Notes under the pieces: generated by a model
What the model was told of the DNA's origin: nothing
The model's input: only the letters and a program-made list of their open reading frames with translations
Database searches by the model: none
Shown here: in pieces, positions 48,630-61,316 of the stretch
Layout of the letters: the number at the start of each line of letters is the position of its first letter
Numbering within the stretch: the first letter of the stretch is position 1
Assembly (NCBI RefSeq): GCF_030144855.1
Contig: NC_082731.1
Coordinates: 22,754,001-22,818,000 of the forward strand
DNA: 64,000 bases
Reading direction: 5' to 3'
Source: Hypanus sabinus
Taxonomy: Eukaryota
Position numbers and translations under genes: made by a program

Positions 48630-48920
48630 TGCAGGAGTGAATGTCTCACGGGGGATGCGTCTGTGTTTCTGACTGAGGAACGACAGTCACTGAGAGGGAA
48701 CTGTCGTGATTCACCCACATGCTGTTATCTTTTATGTTGCATTTCACATGCAAGATTACTTCAGATCTATGATTGTCAAAAGAGAATCATTTGTCACCAA
48801 CTGGCATCAAATGTTTAAGTAGTAAATTGCGATTTCTGCGAACGTTCAGGGATTGCAACAGGTGATCAATATTTCAACCGTGGATCCTCACATATCTGTT
48901 CAGATTATTTTTGGTCAGAG
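48630..48920 (+). pseudogene. Highly decayed TCR V pseudogene (paralog of 57355-57636)
   Basis: RSECLTGDASVFLTEERQSLRGNC...CYLL and GDQYFN...SD in broken frames. Shares GGAGTGAA, GTCTGTG, GAACGACAG, TTGTCAAAxGAGAATCATTTG, CCAACTG and GATTGCAA..GGTGAT..ATATTT.AACCGTG in the same order with the 57.4-kb copy. Confidence 0.6.
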
Positions 48921-51900
48921 CAGGAAATTCTTGTGATCAGATTGCCTCTCAGGAACTATCAGAGATAATAACCAGATAACAGGCCATCTTGGCCCTTCTA
49001 GCCCGTGCCGAAAGTTGTGGAAGTTCCAACTTCCATTGCTATGGAAGGACACAATATGGAAGTGAACTTTAATTATTTGGCAATGCTTAATGCAGATGTT
49101 GCTTCCTAGTACCCACAGTGTACCAGAGAAACGCTGCGATATCTGCTGAAGAAATTAAGTCCTAGATATGCACATCTGTCGCCCTATTTAAAAGATTGAT
49201 TCCGGATTACATGATAGAGACAGTTCTCTGTTAAAGTAAACCGGAGTACTCCGGAACAGTTATCTCCACCTCGGTCATGTGTCACTGCATTACTACTATC
49301 TGATGATACAGTAGAATTAAGAGAATCAATAATATGTATTACGGATATTTGTGAGATAATCAAAACAATTAAATCATCATAGCCAATAGGCAAATTTCGG
49401 AATATTCTGGACAATAAGAACTACACTCCGTGTTTTGTAAAAATCCGAGAAGGTGCAGAAGAAGAAAATAAAACAAGAGTGGTAAGCAAAAAAGACAGAA
49501 GATGAAAGAGAGGTAGGAATACTTAGGACTGCATAAATCGGAGTTTGGTGCCATGGATTGCATTAGGGAGATAATCCAAACACGTTCATAAATCCAGGGA
49601 GTTGTCATCTCGCAAAAGTAAAATGCAGTGTTGACACTTTCTGGACAGCTGGAAAAGATGGGCGCCATGATCGAGCTTGCCAGAGATAATGATGGGTCTT
49701 ACAACATCATGTCCTTTTATTCTTTATGATACCAGTCTTCGTAAAATAGGGAAAAATTCGAAGTATTAATTCTTATGGAAATTTATTCTCAAAGTGCTTT
49801 CTTGTCACCGCATAAAATACTGTGATGCAGTTTCCTTTGTGGACACTTTGTAGAATATTAACAACAAGATAATCAATAAAATTCAAACAGCGGTAAGAAG
49901 ATGATGAACGGCAACGTAGAAGAATAAATAAGTAAACCTGATCTACATTAGCAATAAATATCGGGACCAGAAAATTATATTCTGGTTGTTCTTGTTAGTT
50001 TTCGTGTTCGAAACAAAAAGACCTTGATTTAAGCGCATCGAACTGAAAGTAATCATACTCTCTCCAATGTCTATCCGTCCACAGGGTCACTTTTTCTGCA
50101 CATTTACCATTACAACAGCTAGTACGTCCACTGCCTTTTCACTTTGTTTTCTGTTCCTGTGGGAACTAATTTAAACACACCAGCTGCTTAAGTTATCTGA
50201 TTGTAAGGATATTGGTGAGACTTGAGTTCAGTTGTAACTTTTCCGTTCTCTACAAGGTCCACCTTCAATATTATTCAGGATCGTATTGTTTCTTTTCCAG
50301 TACAGCAGTACAGAAATGTGAAGATAGAAACACCTTCCAAAAGTACTGTCCAAACCATGAAAAGACATTTCACCGAAATGACATTCTACTCTTACATTCT
50401 GTTGTCCGTTGCAGTAGAAAGAATCTGAAGATCAGCACCTTTGCATTCTGGCTTTCCATCTTCGTCATTAGGTACATCGAGTTTATTTTACCCAAATACT
50501 GTAACATCCATATTTACATTCACTATTTCAATGCCACCGCGTTTTCGCTAATTATATAGACCGTTGTGGTATACCGGCACTGTAAACCCAAATTAATAAG
50601 CAAAAGGAAATAGTATCCAGTAGCAATTACCGTAAAAAAGTCGAGTTCTACATTATACTGAAACTTGTCTTTTTCGACGAGATCCTGCCATACGTGGTTT
50701 ACGTTGACACCAAATACATGAACAGAAAGCCGAAAGAAAGATTGCGCTGAAACTCAGGAGATTTACGAAAGAGTCCGAAGAGCAGGCCATCCAAAGTAGC
50801 CATCGCTGCTTTTCACCCTGTGCCGCGGAATAATCATAAATGGAATGGAATGACTGTAGAGTTAGATGCGTGGTTGAGTACCTTGCGTTACAGGTAGCTG
50901 GAAACAAGCGTCAGGCTCAAGCTGCATTCGTGCTGCTCTCCCGACCTAATCCCCTATGTGGAAAGACTGTCACATGGACAGAACAATATTACTTTGTGAT
51001 TGCTCGTAATAACGCATTCCTTTTCATTAACCTGTCGCCAGAGTCACAGCATCATATTACTTGCACATGTAAAGCAGATGAAACATCTTTAGCAGATTGC
51101 CTCAGGAAAATATGCATAGCCCTACACTATATCTTGGACTGAAAGCGTGAAACAACAGGGAATATGTTGGGCAGGCTGATATAAGTCGATGAACTTCTGC
51201 TAAGAGCCTCCACCGATTAAGAGTATGCTCAAGCCCTCGAAATTCCAGTAAATCATATGAAGAACCGCGAATGAGTAACGAATGCACAGAAAATAGAGGG
51301 GCCCAGTCATACAGTGCAGGATTTGCCTATGAAGTGCGCCGAATGACTTCAGGTAAGCTTAAGACTACCCTTCCCCAGTTTGACGCCAATGACGTTTGAG
51401 AAACTCAATATTGAAATTGTGGGTACGGTGCAGTAAAGTTTGCATAACGAAATGGAAGTGCCACATCACAGAGTTTGGAAAATAGGTGTTCGTAAGGAAT
51501 CAGCAGATTGATCGAAAGATTTGCCCACATATCTATGCATAGTATCAGTACAGAAGCTGCCGACCCACCACACCGGAGTCCCCCTCCCCTATTATCAAGG
51601 TTCAACGGATGAACAGTTCTCTGCAGCAATCAAACTTCACGCCTGATTTAAATTCGGCCTGAGTGTATAGACGTCGGATTTCACAGGTTGGGATCTGCAG
51701 CGTTGATTCCCTTCTGAGGTGTTGTACTGCATCAGCAGGGAAAGGGCAGTTACAGCCAAAGAGCTGAACTGGTAGCAGTTACCTTACCATTGTAACAAGA
51801 TTCGAGTGAGGAGCACAAAAGCACAGACACATGTGCAGTTACGAATGGAATTGTTCTCTGCATGACAAGGTGGCGGCAGCAAATGCAGTAGGCAGGGGAA

Positions 51901-53849
51901 ACTTTCCAGGGAACAGGCAGATTTGGATCACGTTTCGGAAGAGGCAAAATGAATGAAGACAACTGTTTTGAATAGAAAAGCTTAGCAGAAAGATAACTCT
52001 TTATCCATCTTCTTTAATAACGAACTGTAAAAGCGAATTCAGGAATGCCATGTCAAAACAGCTGAATTCCGTGCGATGAAGCAAGCGCCACGTAAGATGG
52101 ACGAATTCTTGGAACTGTGTATCAAAATGAAGGTGTATGTCTAGCAGACTACATGATGAAATAAGTTATTATTGCATGTGGTGTGATTTAACATGTTAAA
52201 AGAGGAGCGGTGGCTGTGTAGTCGACCGTTTAGATTAATCGGTGAAGGGAGGTTCTTGCCGAGACCAGCGATGGAATATTGATTTTATCAGATACATGTC
52301 AAAGCAGCAACGATTTAATTCTTCGCTTCCTATGGATTGAACGTTCAAAATTATTAATGTCAATTCCTTGTACAGAGCTGATTAGGATCGCACATTCAAT
52401 GGAATTTCAGAAGTTAATTGTTTTAATGGGCCGAGCAAAAAATACAGTTAACAACGTATCTCACGTCGCTCTGCAAACATTAGGTTTTGGCTTCTAGTGG
52501 AGGAATTGATAGTTTCACATTTTATATTACCCCCAAGCATCAGTGCTAATTGAAACAGTAAAACGATATTGAAGTTAACAGATTTGTTTATTAATACCAG
52601 CTTACAACTTACTGAGGTATTTAAACATTATTTTAAATGTGCTTTGAAACAATCATCGGAAACGTTTTGGTCGTGGTCCGTACCTGTACAAACAGATATA
52701 ACTGGCTGCACTGCCTTTGGTATTGGATTCATTTAGTAATGGGAAATAAAAATACAGGCCAGACGTTGAAAAAACAGGTTGAGTTAAATGTCAAGAAAGT
52801 AGACAACAGTCCCACTTGATATTAACGTTCAAAATATCAGCACGGCTTACCAAATGAACAGAGCTCTCATTTTATTTCTCAGTTTGGTATTGGTGTAGTC
52901 TCTCCTCAACGAAGACAGACCAAGCTCTTATTTGTGCTAGTGGTCCTACTGCGATGGTGTGCAAGCGTATATTTCAGCAGATGAAAAACAGAAGTTTCAC
53001 TATTTCAACACTTCCCGCCACCTATTACCCCTTTGGGCCACGATCTGTGTTTTTCCATCGGAATCATTCTACCTGCAAGTTTCTGAAAAGGGTAAAAGAC
53101 GGGAATCTTCACAGCTTGTATCCAGTTATTTCTGTTGAACTCGAGACCTGAGGTGCCTGAGGCAGTACGTTCAGACATGGTCTAAACGACAACACTACAC
53201 TTCTCTTCCTGATACGATGAAAGTATTTTACAAACAGATCGATGTCGGGATCGATTTATTGCCGAAGAAGGAATCAATCGCATCAGAGCAAGATGTCTGG
53301 AGGCTGCTGAAGTCAGGAATGTCCTAAAAAGCAGAGTTTGTTAACGTAGATAGTCGCGTGATGAGTGCAAGCGCAGATATTCTATGAATTCTATGTGTTT
53401 CTTTTTCAATCTGTAATAGTGCTCTGTCCCCTTAGTATTCCAATGGTCCACCATCTTACCGATGCCCGAGCTGGCGACAGCATATTGGTTGAACCCCCAC
53501 GTTTAGTGGCAGTGTATTCACATTACATTCAGCTGCAGTTTATGGATCGCAATAAAACACTTCTTCCGCAGCTTTGGAAATTATACAACTTGCCTTTTGC
53601 TTAAATCGGTCCAATGATAAAGTCATTACCTCTGCACGACACCTCATCTTGTCCGTGCTGTAAATTATTGTGTCACATTCTGGGATGTTGTTTATCGCCA
53701 TAAATCATTTATAATACTACTATATCTCAGAAGATGGTGGGAACATTGCCCTTGTATTTTCTTAGAACTCAGCTCTATAACGTGATACTGGATTGCAGAA
53801 TAAAGAGAATAAAGTGTCTGGAAGTGCATTGTCAAGAACATTTGTAGGA

Positions 53850-54400
53850 AGTGTAAAGGGGCAGACTATTTCGGAGTGAATGGACAAATCTGAACTGTAT
53901 GGGAGTTCAGTGTCCGAGTGTAGGATTTCCTAAACTGGAACTTGCATTTGCGGGTGGCGTAAGTAAAGCAAATGGAATGTCGGAATTGGTTTCCGGAACA
54001 AATATGTGATCTATAGTTTTGTGTGAGTGTGGAAACCTCATGGAACTGATCGAAATCTGAAAGGCCAAGACAGAGCTGTGCTGAAAGTTATGCATCCAAC
54101 AGTGGGAAATACTAGGAGTGGAGGAAAACAAGACGTCTCTGTAGGCAGACATGAGGTTAAATATATTTTGCCAGAGGGAAATGAATCCGTGTAATTTATT
54201 GACGCAGACGGCTCCAGGGACGAAGACATTGCTCATATTTAAAGCGGCGGTATGTTCCTGATTATAACTGGATTCAAATGTTTGAAGAAGGATGTAGTAG
54301 AATGGAGCTGAGAAGAACGGTGATTCATTATGATCGATGTCGGAGCAGGCCTGATGGACTCACAGGACTAAGTCTGCTCTTATGTCTATAGCCTTATGGT
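53850..54400 (+). mobile_element. Decayed CR1 3' fragment
   Basis: Similar to the CR1 3' region at 59700-60310. Confidence 0.5.
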
Positions 54401-56287
54401 ATTAGGAGAAAACATCATTTTCCTCTTCTCAACGCCCTCAGTGATGAAAGACACGGCGATCAAGTCGCGGGTGTGAAGTCAGAATTTATCCCGCTTCTAT
54501 AGAATATTTATAGGATAATTGGGATGTAACATTTTTTTTTCTTTTTCTTCAACTCGATATCGCATGTTGAGACATTGATTTTTACTTACTACCAGCAACG
54601 CATTTCTTTGAAAATGTAACCTCGTATTTTCGATTCCGCCATTGCTTTCACTTGTAATGCTTTAATATACCCACATGACGAAACGTACTCTAGGTCTAAC
54701 GTGCAAGTCATGGTTTCTTTACATAGTACTTTGTATTATTTGATGATAATAAACTAACTCCAATCTCACCTCTTCGGAGTAGTAATAAAGATACTACCGA
54801 CTTACAGCTCCAGAAAGAGCAGCTAAACAGGATTTGCGATGGAATTAGATGATGTTCTTATTTTGTCATTATAACTTTTATATGGCGCAAAACTTTCATG
54901 CAGATAGATTAACTTCTACGATCTGTAGGCATTCATCATTTTCTGAGTATGGCTGTGATAATGCAAAACTCATTCCATTTCAGTCTATTCCGATTTCGGC
55001 TAGCATTTATTTTTCATTTATTGTTTGTATGTAAGATTATCTTACAGTCTGAGAACTATTTGCAATATGCACACGTTATACTGTCGCGATATTCAATTGT
55101 TCTCTGAATTTCATGTGTCACCCGAAATAAACGCATGTGGTGGTGCAGAACATACGAAGTCTCAGCAATTATCCGCTAGCTTGGAAAATAAATTCTGGGT
55201 CTTTAGATTTGGAAGCACAAAGATGGAGTTAATTCAAAAGTTGCAAATATAGAAGCTACACATCATATGGTAAAAGCAACTAAAGGAACATGCACAGTTT
55301 AAGGTAAATTGGCGTACGTGATTCGGCTCTCGATCGCGCGATCTTTTTGTAGGTTTTACCGAGCTTCCTGCAGACTCTACTTGTCGGCTTAAGGTTACCC
55401 ACAGTCAAATATTTGATCAAGAATACCATGCGGAAGAGTAAGCAGGAATTTAAAAATTGCGTAAAACTATCAGCAAAATTCCTTTCATTAAAAACGTTTG
55501 ATTGTTTATATTGCTTTATCGGAAAGTGTCGACTATAATTGTCATATAAACAAAATATATATGAATGGACGTTTTTCGTCGTTTGTTTCCAAAGAAAAAT
55601 CTACGGCACGTGCTGCCAGTAGGATTGTTTTCTCGATAAAATATCTTTGTTTCTGTTCCTCGCTGTCGTGGCGATGAAAACGTCGAAGGTGAACGTGATT
55701 GCTCACCAAACTGACGTTTCTTCAGAGGCATACAACAACATGATAATGAGATTGCAGATCGGAGTGGTGGAAAGGATACTCATTTGGAAAATATATAGCT
55801 CGCAAAAAGGTTATTAATTCTTGAGTGAGTCTACCAGAAAATATATCACCGCCAGGAGCGCCGGGTCCCTAGTGATGCATTTCGTTACGATGTCAGTTGT
55901 CGAAAGGAGGCACCAGTCTGACTCAGCATCTAATTAGAAACATGCAATTAAATACGATAATCTATCTGTTACATCGGCAAATGAAAGTCATATATTAACT
56001 GAGAGATATTTGTGTATTCACTCGAAATATTATGATCGTTAGTGGGGAATAGACAATCAAAAATAATATATGACATTTAGCACACCAATGGATCATTCAC
56101 ATTGGTAATTCAATGGTACTCCATTAAAATGAAAAACAAACTGAAAAAACTTCGCTTCGGCAGGAATACAATCATAAAAGAGAAAAGGAAGAAGATTCAG
56201 CCACAATAAACTAAAAGTTAGATTAAACATCAGAGGTGATCAAAAGCCAGGAATACACGGATTCCCGTTTACTTTCAATTTTTTTTG

Positions 56288-57055
56288 GTAATTTCTATGC
56301 CCGAGATATTTCCTGCAATTCCACCGTGGTTTTCATACATAAAGATCAACAAAAAATTAAAACACATTCACGCTGCTGTACAGGCACCCAGCGAGAAAGG
56401 CGAACGGAAGGACCCAAAGGCCAATCTGTGATGTAGCATAACAAGAACGTGTATTGCAACCACAATTTCAAATACAATAATATGTCCTATAAAACGTGTG
56501 TTTAATCTTTCTAGATGTAAGATTCAGTTTATTATAATAATCACTGTACGAGTAAAAATCGATTGAAAGAGAATGAGGGAAGCACAATATTTCAGGTTCT
56601 GCTAATTTCTATAAAGGAGATATGAAGACTTTCGCTGGATCCTTATATTTTTATACACATCCGTACATAAACACAGTGAAGTAGTTCCAAATGTTTTGTC
56701 TGCTTTTAATAAAGATCCTAAATGTTCTGTTGAAGAAGCGCCAACATATCTCCTGAAAGAGTATCGTTGTGCCTCTCCAGAACGTTAACCATATCATGCA
56801 GACAGGGTTCTAGCGAAGGTACAGAATTAAAATTGCCAAATGAAGTAGAAGAAAAAAAATCCGTACATTGCATATGTTCTCCGTTCGGTCATTGCTGTGA
56901 ATGATTCATTTTATTATTGCTATTTAGCTGGCAGTTAGTAAATATTTTAAAAGGTTTTTTTTTGTAATTTCTATCCCCGTGATTATTCCTGCAATTCCAC
57001 TATGGTTTTCATACATACAGAGCAACAAATAATTAAAGTATATTCACGCTGCTGT
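56288..57055 (+). repeat. Two ~92-bp direct repeats (56288-56379, 56964-57055)
   Basis: gtaatttctat..cc..ga...ttcctgcaattccac..tggttttcatacata.aga.caacaaa.aattaaa..a.attcacgctgctgt occurs twice, 676 bp apart. Confidence 0.9.
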
Positions 57056-57354
57056 TCTCCATTCTATCATTGATGTGGATGACTTATTTTACTATTACTA
57101 TTTAGCTTGCAGTTAGTGAATGTGTTTCTTCGCAAATGCAGCAAATATGTTCGTACAGACGTCGTCCATTGTTGATCTTGGATCTTCCACATTTCCTCTG
57201 TGACACTTTGAATTAATTCCTCATTCGTCAGACTATAAGATACAGGAACAAAATTATGGTATGTGACCATCCAGTCTATATTCTGTCAATATGAATTTAA
57301 ATGTTTTGACAAATTGCACCTATGTTCCAAGTTTTTTTTTTCCTAACCTTATAG

Positions 57355-57636
57355 TAAAGGAGTGAAACCATCACAAAGGATCAGTCTGTGCTGCTGGCTG
57401 AAGAACGACAGACATTAAGCCTGAATTCTCGGAATTAACCAGCATTGTGTGATATTTTATGCTGAATTTTGCATTCAAAATTAGATCCAGACATGTTTGT
57501 CAAATGAGAATCATTTGATGCCAACTGCCGGAACAGCCGATTCCACTTTCTGATTGCAAACGGTGATACATATTTGAACCGTGCTTCCTCGCACATTTTG
57601 TCGAATCCGTAATCAGCCTACCATCAATAAGTAAAA
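57355..57636 (+). pseudogene. Decayed TCR V pseudogene
   Basis: Single frame reads RSETITKDQSVLLAEERQTLSLNSRN*...DILC*...NSRFHFLIANGDTYLNRASSHILS, a V FR1-FR3 pattern with the first Cys changed to Ser; pyrimidine tract and ag upstream. Confidence 0.62.
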
Positions 57637-58029
57637 CACATGCGCTTTCATTTCCGGTGTTGATAAACTCTGATAATTCCAAGCTGGCTTTAGTTCATGA
57701 AGCCGATGTGAACGTTGGGGATATCATTTGACCCTGTTCTTCCTTTTAGTGACTTTTTGCACGGGTCTGAGGAGACGTCGTAATCCAGGAAAATGTTTCG
57801 GTTTACAATTGAATAGCTGAAACCTGAACACTTAACAAAACTTGTTCCGCAGCCTTTGATAAAAAAAAACTTACTTCTGGGACATTCCTTTATACCATGA
57901 TTTCGTCCTATATTTCACAGCAGCCGAATCATGGTATACTACGGTACCAATGAAGTAGGAATAAAAAGCGAGGATGTCCTGAAGAGGGAATATAGAAAGA
58001 TTTATAGGAAGTTAAAAAGCAGAACGGTA

Positions 58030-60315
58030 ACGCCAGGATTGCTCTTTATGCCACTTGCCAGTGAGGGGAAGAGTAGGATTCATTAGCCAAATAAAAAGTG
58101 GCAGACGAACTTGTGTCGGGGACAGTGTTTCAGATTTCATGATCATTGGGTCCTCTTCTGGGGCAGGTGGTACTTGTACAGGAGAGATGGGTTACACCTC
58201 AACTAGTCGGAGACCAATGTTCATACAGTGCGCCTTTTAGTGCTGTTGGGGATGGATTAAACTAGACTTGCATGGGGATGGGAACAAGGGTGATGGAGCA
58301 GATAGTGTGGCGGAAGTGAAAATAATGTTGTTAAAATTTCATACAGAGTCAAAAATAGAAGGCTTATGTGTGTTGGTAATAATCTTCTGAGGTGTGTCTA
58401 TTTCAATGCGAGAAGAATTGTGAGTAAAGCAGACAAACTGAAATGTGGATTGACAGGTGAAATTATGCCATCAGTTAATCTTGCCTACAGGAAAGGCAGG
58501 AATTTTCCAGGGTTTAGATGTTTCAGACGTGATAGAGTCAGAGGGATGAAGAGTGGGGTGGGGGGGGGGGGGGTGATGTTTTTATTGCGAGTATGGAAGC
58601 GAAGGAAATGGGAAAGATCTTAAATAAATTTTTGCGCCTGTGTTTACTAAGGAAACTAGTATGGAGTCTATGGAAATAAGGCAAACAGGTAGTGAGATCA
58701 TGGAACATATACAGATTGGGAAGAAGGAGCTGCTTGCTGTCTTCAGGCACATCAGAGTAGAAAAAAATTCCAACACCTGAAAGGATATTTCCTCGGACCT
58801 CGAAGGAGACTAGTTTGATAGTGCAGGGGCCCGGGCAGATATATTTAAAATGCCGGCATCTACGGGTGTGGTGACGGAGGATTGGAAGATATTTCATGTT
58901 GTTCTGTTGTTTAAAAAGGCTCTAAATCTCATCCCGGAAATTTTAGGCCGGTACGTTTGACTTCATTAGCAGGTAAGCTATGGGAAAGAGTACTAAGAGA
59001 TAGTATCAGCCAGTATTAAGATAGACGGGACTTATTAGGGAGAGTCAACATGGCTTTGCGCGTGGTAGAACATGTTTAACCAATCTATCAGAGTTTTTCG
59101 AGGACGTTATCAAGAAAGTGGATGAAGGGAAGGCAGTGGAAGTTGTCTGCATGGACTTCAGTAAGGCCTTTGACAAGCACCCGCATGGGAGGATATTTAG
59201 GAAGATTGAGTACCAAGGTATACATAGTCAGTTACTGAATTGGATTAGATATTGGTACAGAGGGAAACGCCAGAAAGTAGTACCGGAAGATTGATTCTCT
59301 GAGTGGTGGCCTGTGACTAGTTGTGTATTTGAGTGATCAGTGCTGGGCCCATTGTTATCTGTCATCTACATCAATGATCTAGATGTTAAAGTGCAAACTG
59401 GATCAGCAAATCTGCTGATGATACAAAGATTGGATGTGTAGTGGACAGTGAGGAAGGCTTGCAAAGCTTGTAGAGGGATTTGAACCAACTGGAAAAATTG
59501 GCTGAAAATTTGATTTTAATGCAGACAAATGTGAGGTATTGCACATTTGAAAGTACAAACCACGGTAAAAGAATCCAGGTAAATGGTAGGTTCCTGAGGA
59601 CTGCTGAAGAAGGGAGGGATTTGGGAATACAGATACATAATTCGCTGAAAGTGGCGTCAAATGTAGATACGGTCGTCAATAGAGCTTTTGGCCCATTGCC
59701 GTTTATAAATCAAAGTACTGAGTATAAGAATTGGAATGATATGGTGAGGTCTCATAGGATATTGCTGAGGCCGACTTTGAAATATTGCGTGAAGTTTTCT
59801 TTCACCTAATTAGAGGAAGGATATTAAAAAGGTTGAGAGTTTGCAGAGAAGACTAACAAGGATGCTGTCGGGACTTGAGAAGCTGAGTTACAGAGAAAGG
59901 TTGAATAGGTTAGGACTTTATTTCCTGGAGCGTAGTATAATGAAGGGAGATTTGATAGAGATATATAACATTATGAAGGGTATAGACGGAGCGAATGCAA
60001 GCAGGCTTCTTCCACTGAGGCTAGGAGGGGAGAAAGAAAAATCAGAGGACATGTGTTGAAGCTGAAGGGGGAAAACGTTAATGGGAACAGAGCGGGGTGG
60101 TGATTCTTCTTCACACAGAGTGTGGTTGGAGTGTGGAATGAGCTGCCAGATGAAGTTGTAAATGCAGGCTCTCTTTTAAAATTTAAGAAAAACTTGGAGA
60201 GTTACTTGCATGAGGCAGCTGCGGAGTGAATAGTCCAGGCGCAGTCAATAGGACTAGACAGAAAAATGGTTTGACCTAGTAAAGAAGGTGCGAAGTGCCT
60301 GTTTCTGTGCTGTAA
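58030..60315 (+). mobile_element. CR1 LINE, internally deleted (ORF1 tail, APE, RT, 3' end)
   Basis: LRCVYFNARRIVSKADKL; catggacttcagtaaggcctttgacaag (MDFSKAFDK); tacatcaatgatctagat (YINDLD); gctgatgatacaaag (ADDTK); RPTLKYCV; LYFLERS. Confidence 0.9.
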
Positions 60316-60679
60316 TATTCTCTGATTCTTATCAGGAGCCGGTCAGAATTAAGCTGTACTGCACGATGAAAGAACTAGGTAATAGATCATCCAATTTTGT
60401 TTCTATGCACCTTCTGGTCCAGCTGCTACGATACGTGCCATAAAGCCAGAACAAAGTCAAAGTTTAGATTGTTCACGAATGAACTAAAAAGTTAAGTGCA
60501 ATTCATTTAAAAACAAGCAACATTATCACAGTCAAATTACGTCATGTAAGTACAATACATATATACAAATGTAAACAGTGATTATGTACATCTGTAGACA
60601 ACTGAACACGATTAAACTTGGAATAAAACGACAATTCTGCTATTACAGTAATTAAAGTGTTTAAACTGTCAGAACACTA

Positions 60680-60733
60680 GAGAGAGACAGAGAGAGTGAT
60701 TGACAGTGGATGAGATAGAGAGAGTGTGTGTGT

Positions 60734-60771
<38 letters not shown>

Positions 60772-60792
60772 CTGAGAGAGTGAGATAGACAG
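60680..60792. repeat. (GA)n/(GT)n microsatellite (similar tracts at 41500-41566, 42015-42092, 44075-44121)
   Basis: Visible dinucleotide runs. Confidence 0.9.
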
Positions 60793-60850
60793 ACAGGCAT
60801 ACAAATGCTAGAACTGGGACATTACCACCGGAGAATCTTCTTCCTGTCAC

Positions 60851-61316
60851 ATGCTTATTCCGAAGCACCTCCAATATTTCACTGATAATAACTGCACTTG
60901 ACAGTGAAACTGCATTTTGTCGAGTCAACTTGGCGTCTGGATCTCGTCGTTACTGTCGGCCTGTCCACACATTTTGCTCATATCGTTCAGAACTTTTTAT
61001 AAATATTCTGGCTCCCAGTAATTCTCGGAGATAATAGTTGAGGAAGGACAGAGTATAACAATGAAGTTTGAATATTGTGCAATGTATGATGCAGATGCTG
61101 TTCTTAGTGCCTGCCGTATCCCGGAGAGTCGCCGACACATCCATTGGAGAGCCTCAGCCTTGGTTACGCACATCAGCCGCCCGATTTGCCAGATTGGTTT
61201 TCCGGCTTGGAAGAGAGAGACTGCTTCAGGTTACCATAAGTAGTTCTGGAGTAATTTTCTCTAAGACAGACTTGTGTCTCTATAATGAAATGATAAAACT
61301 GCTTTCGGCAAAAAAG
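60851..61316 (+). pseudogene. TCR V pseudogene of the same family as the 31.1- and 32.8-kb segments
   Basis: Leader remnant 60851-60903 with gt donor; acceptor ttcag (60990); EIIVEEGQSITMKFEY (Cys changed to Phe). CCGCCCGATTTGCCAGATTGGTTTTCC aligns with CCTCCGATTTTGCCAGTCAGGTTTTCT at 31.3 kb; then LQVTISS...TDLC and a decayed RSS (TATAATG...GCAAAAAAG). Confidence 0.72.

Noticed and set aside
49580-49850. Minus-strand WYHK...SVNTAFYFC, a V-like C-terminal motif
   Set aside because: W-to-C spacing is too short, there is no first Cys or RSS, and the orientation is opposite to all supported V segments.
51440-51720. TATCTATGCATAGTATCAG (YLxWYQ-like) and FSA...TSD pattern
   Set aside because: Only scattered motif resemblance; no Cys pair, leader or RSS.
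55600-55950. Minus-strand C...YIFW* spacing resembling V FR1/FR2
   Set aside because: No recognisable FR3, YYC or RSS downstream.
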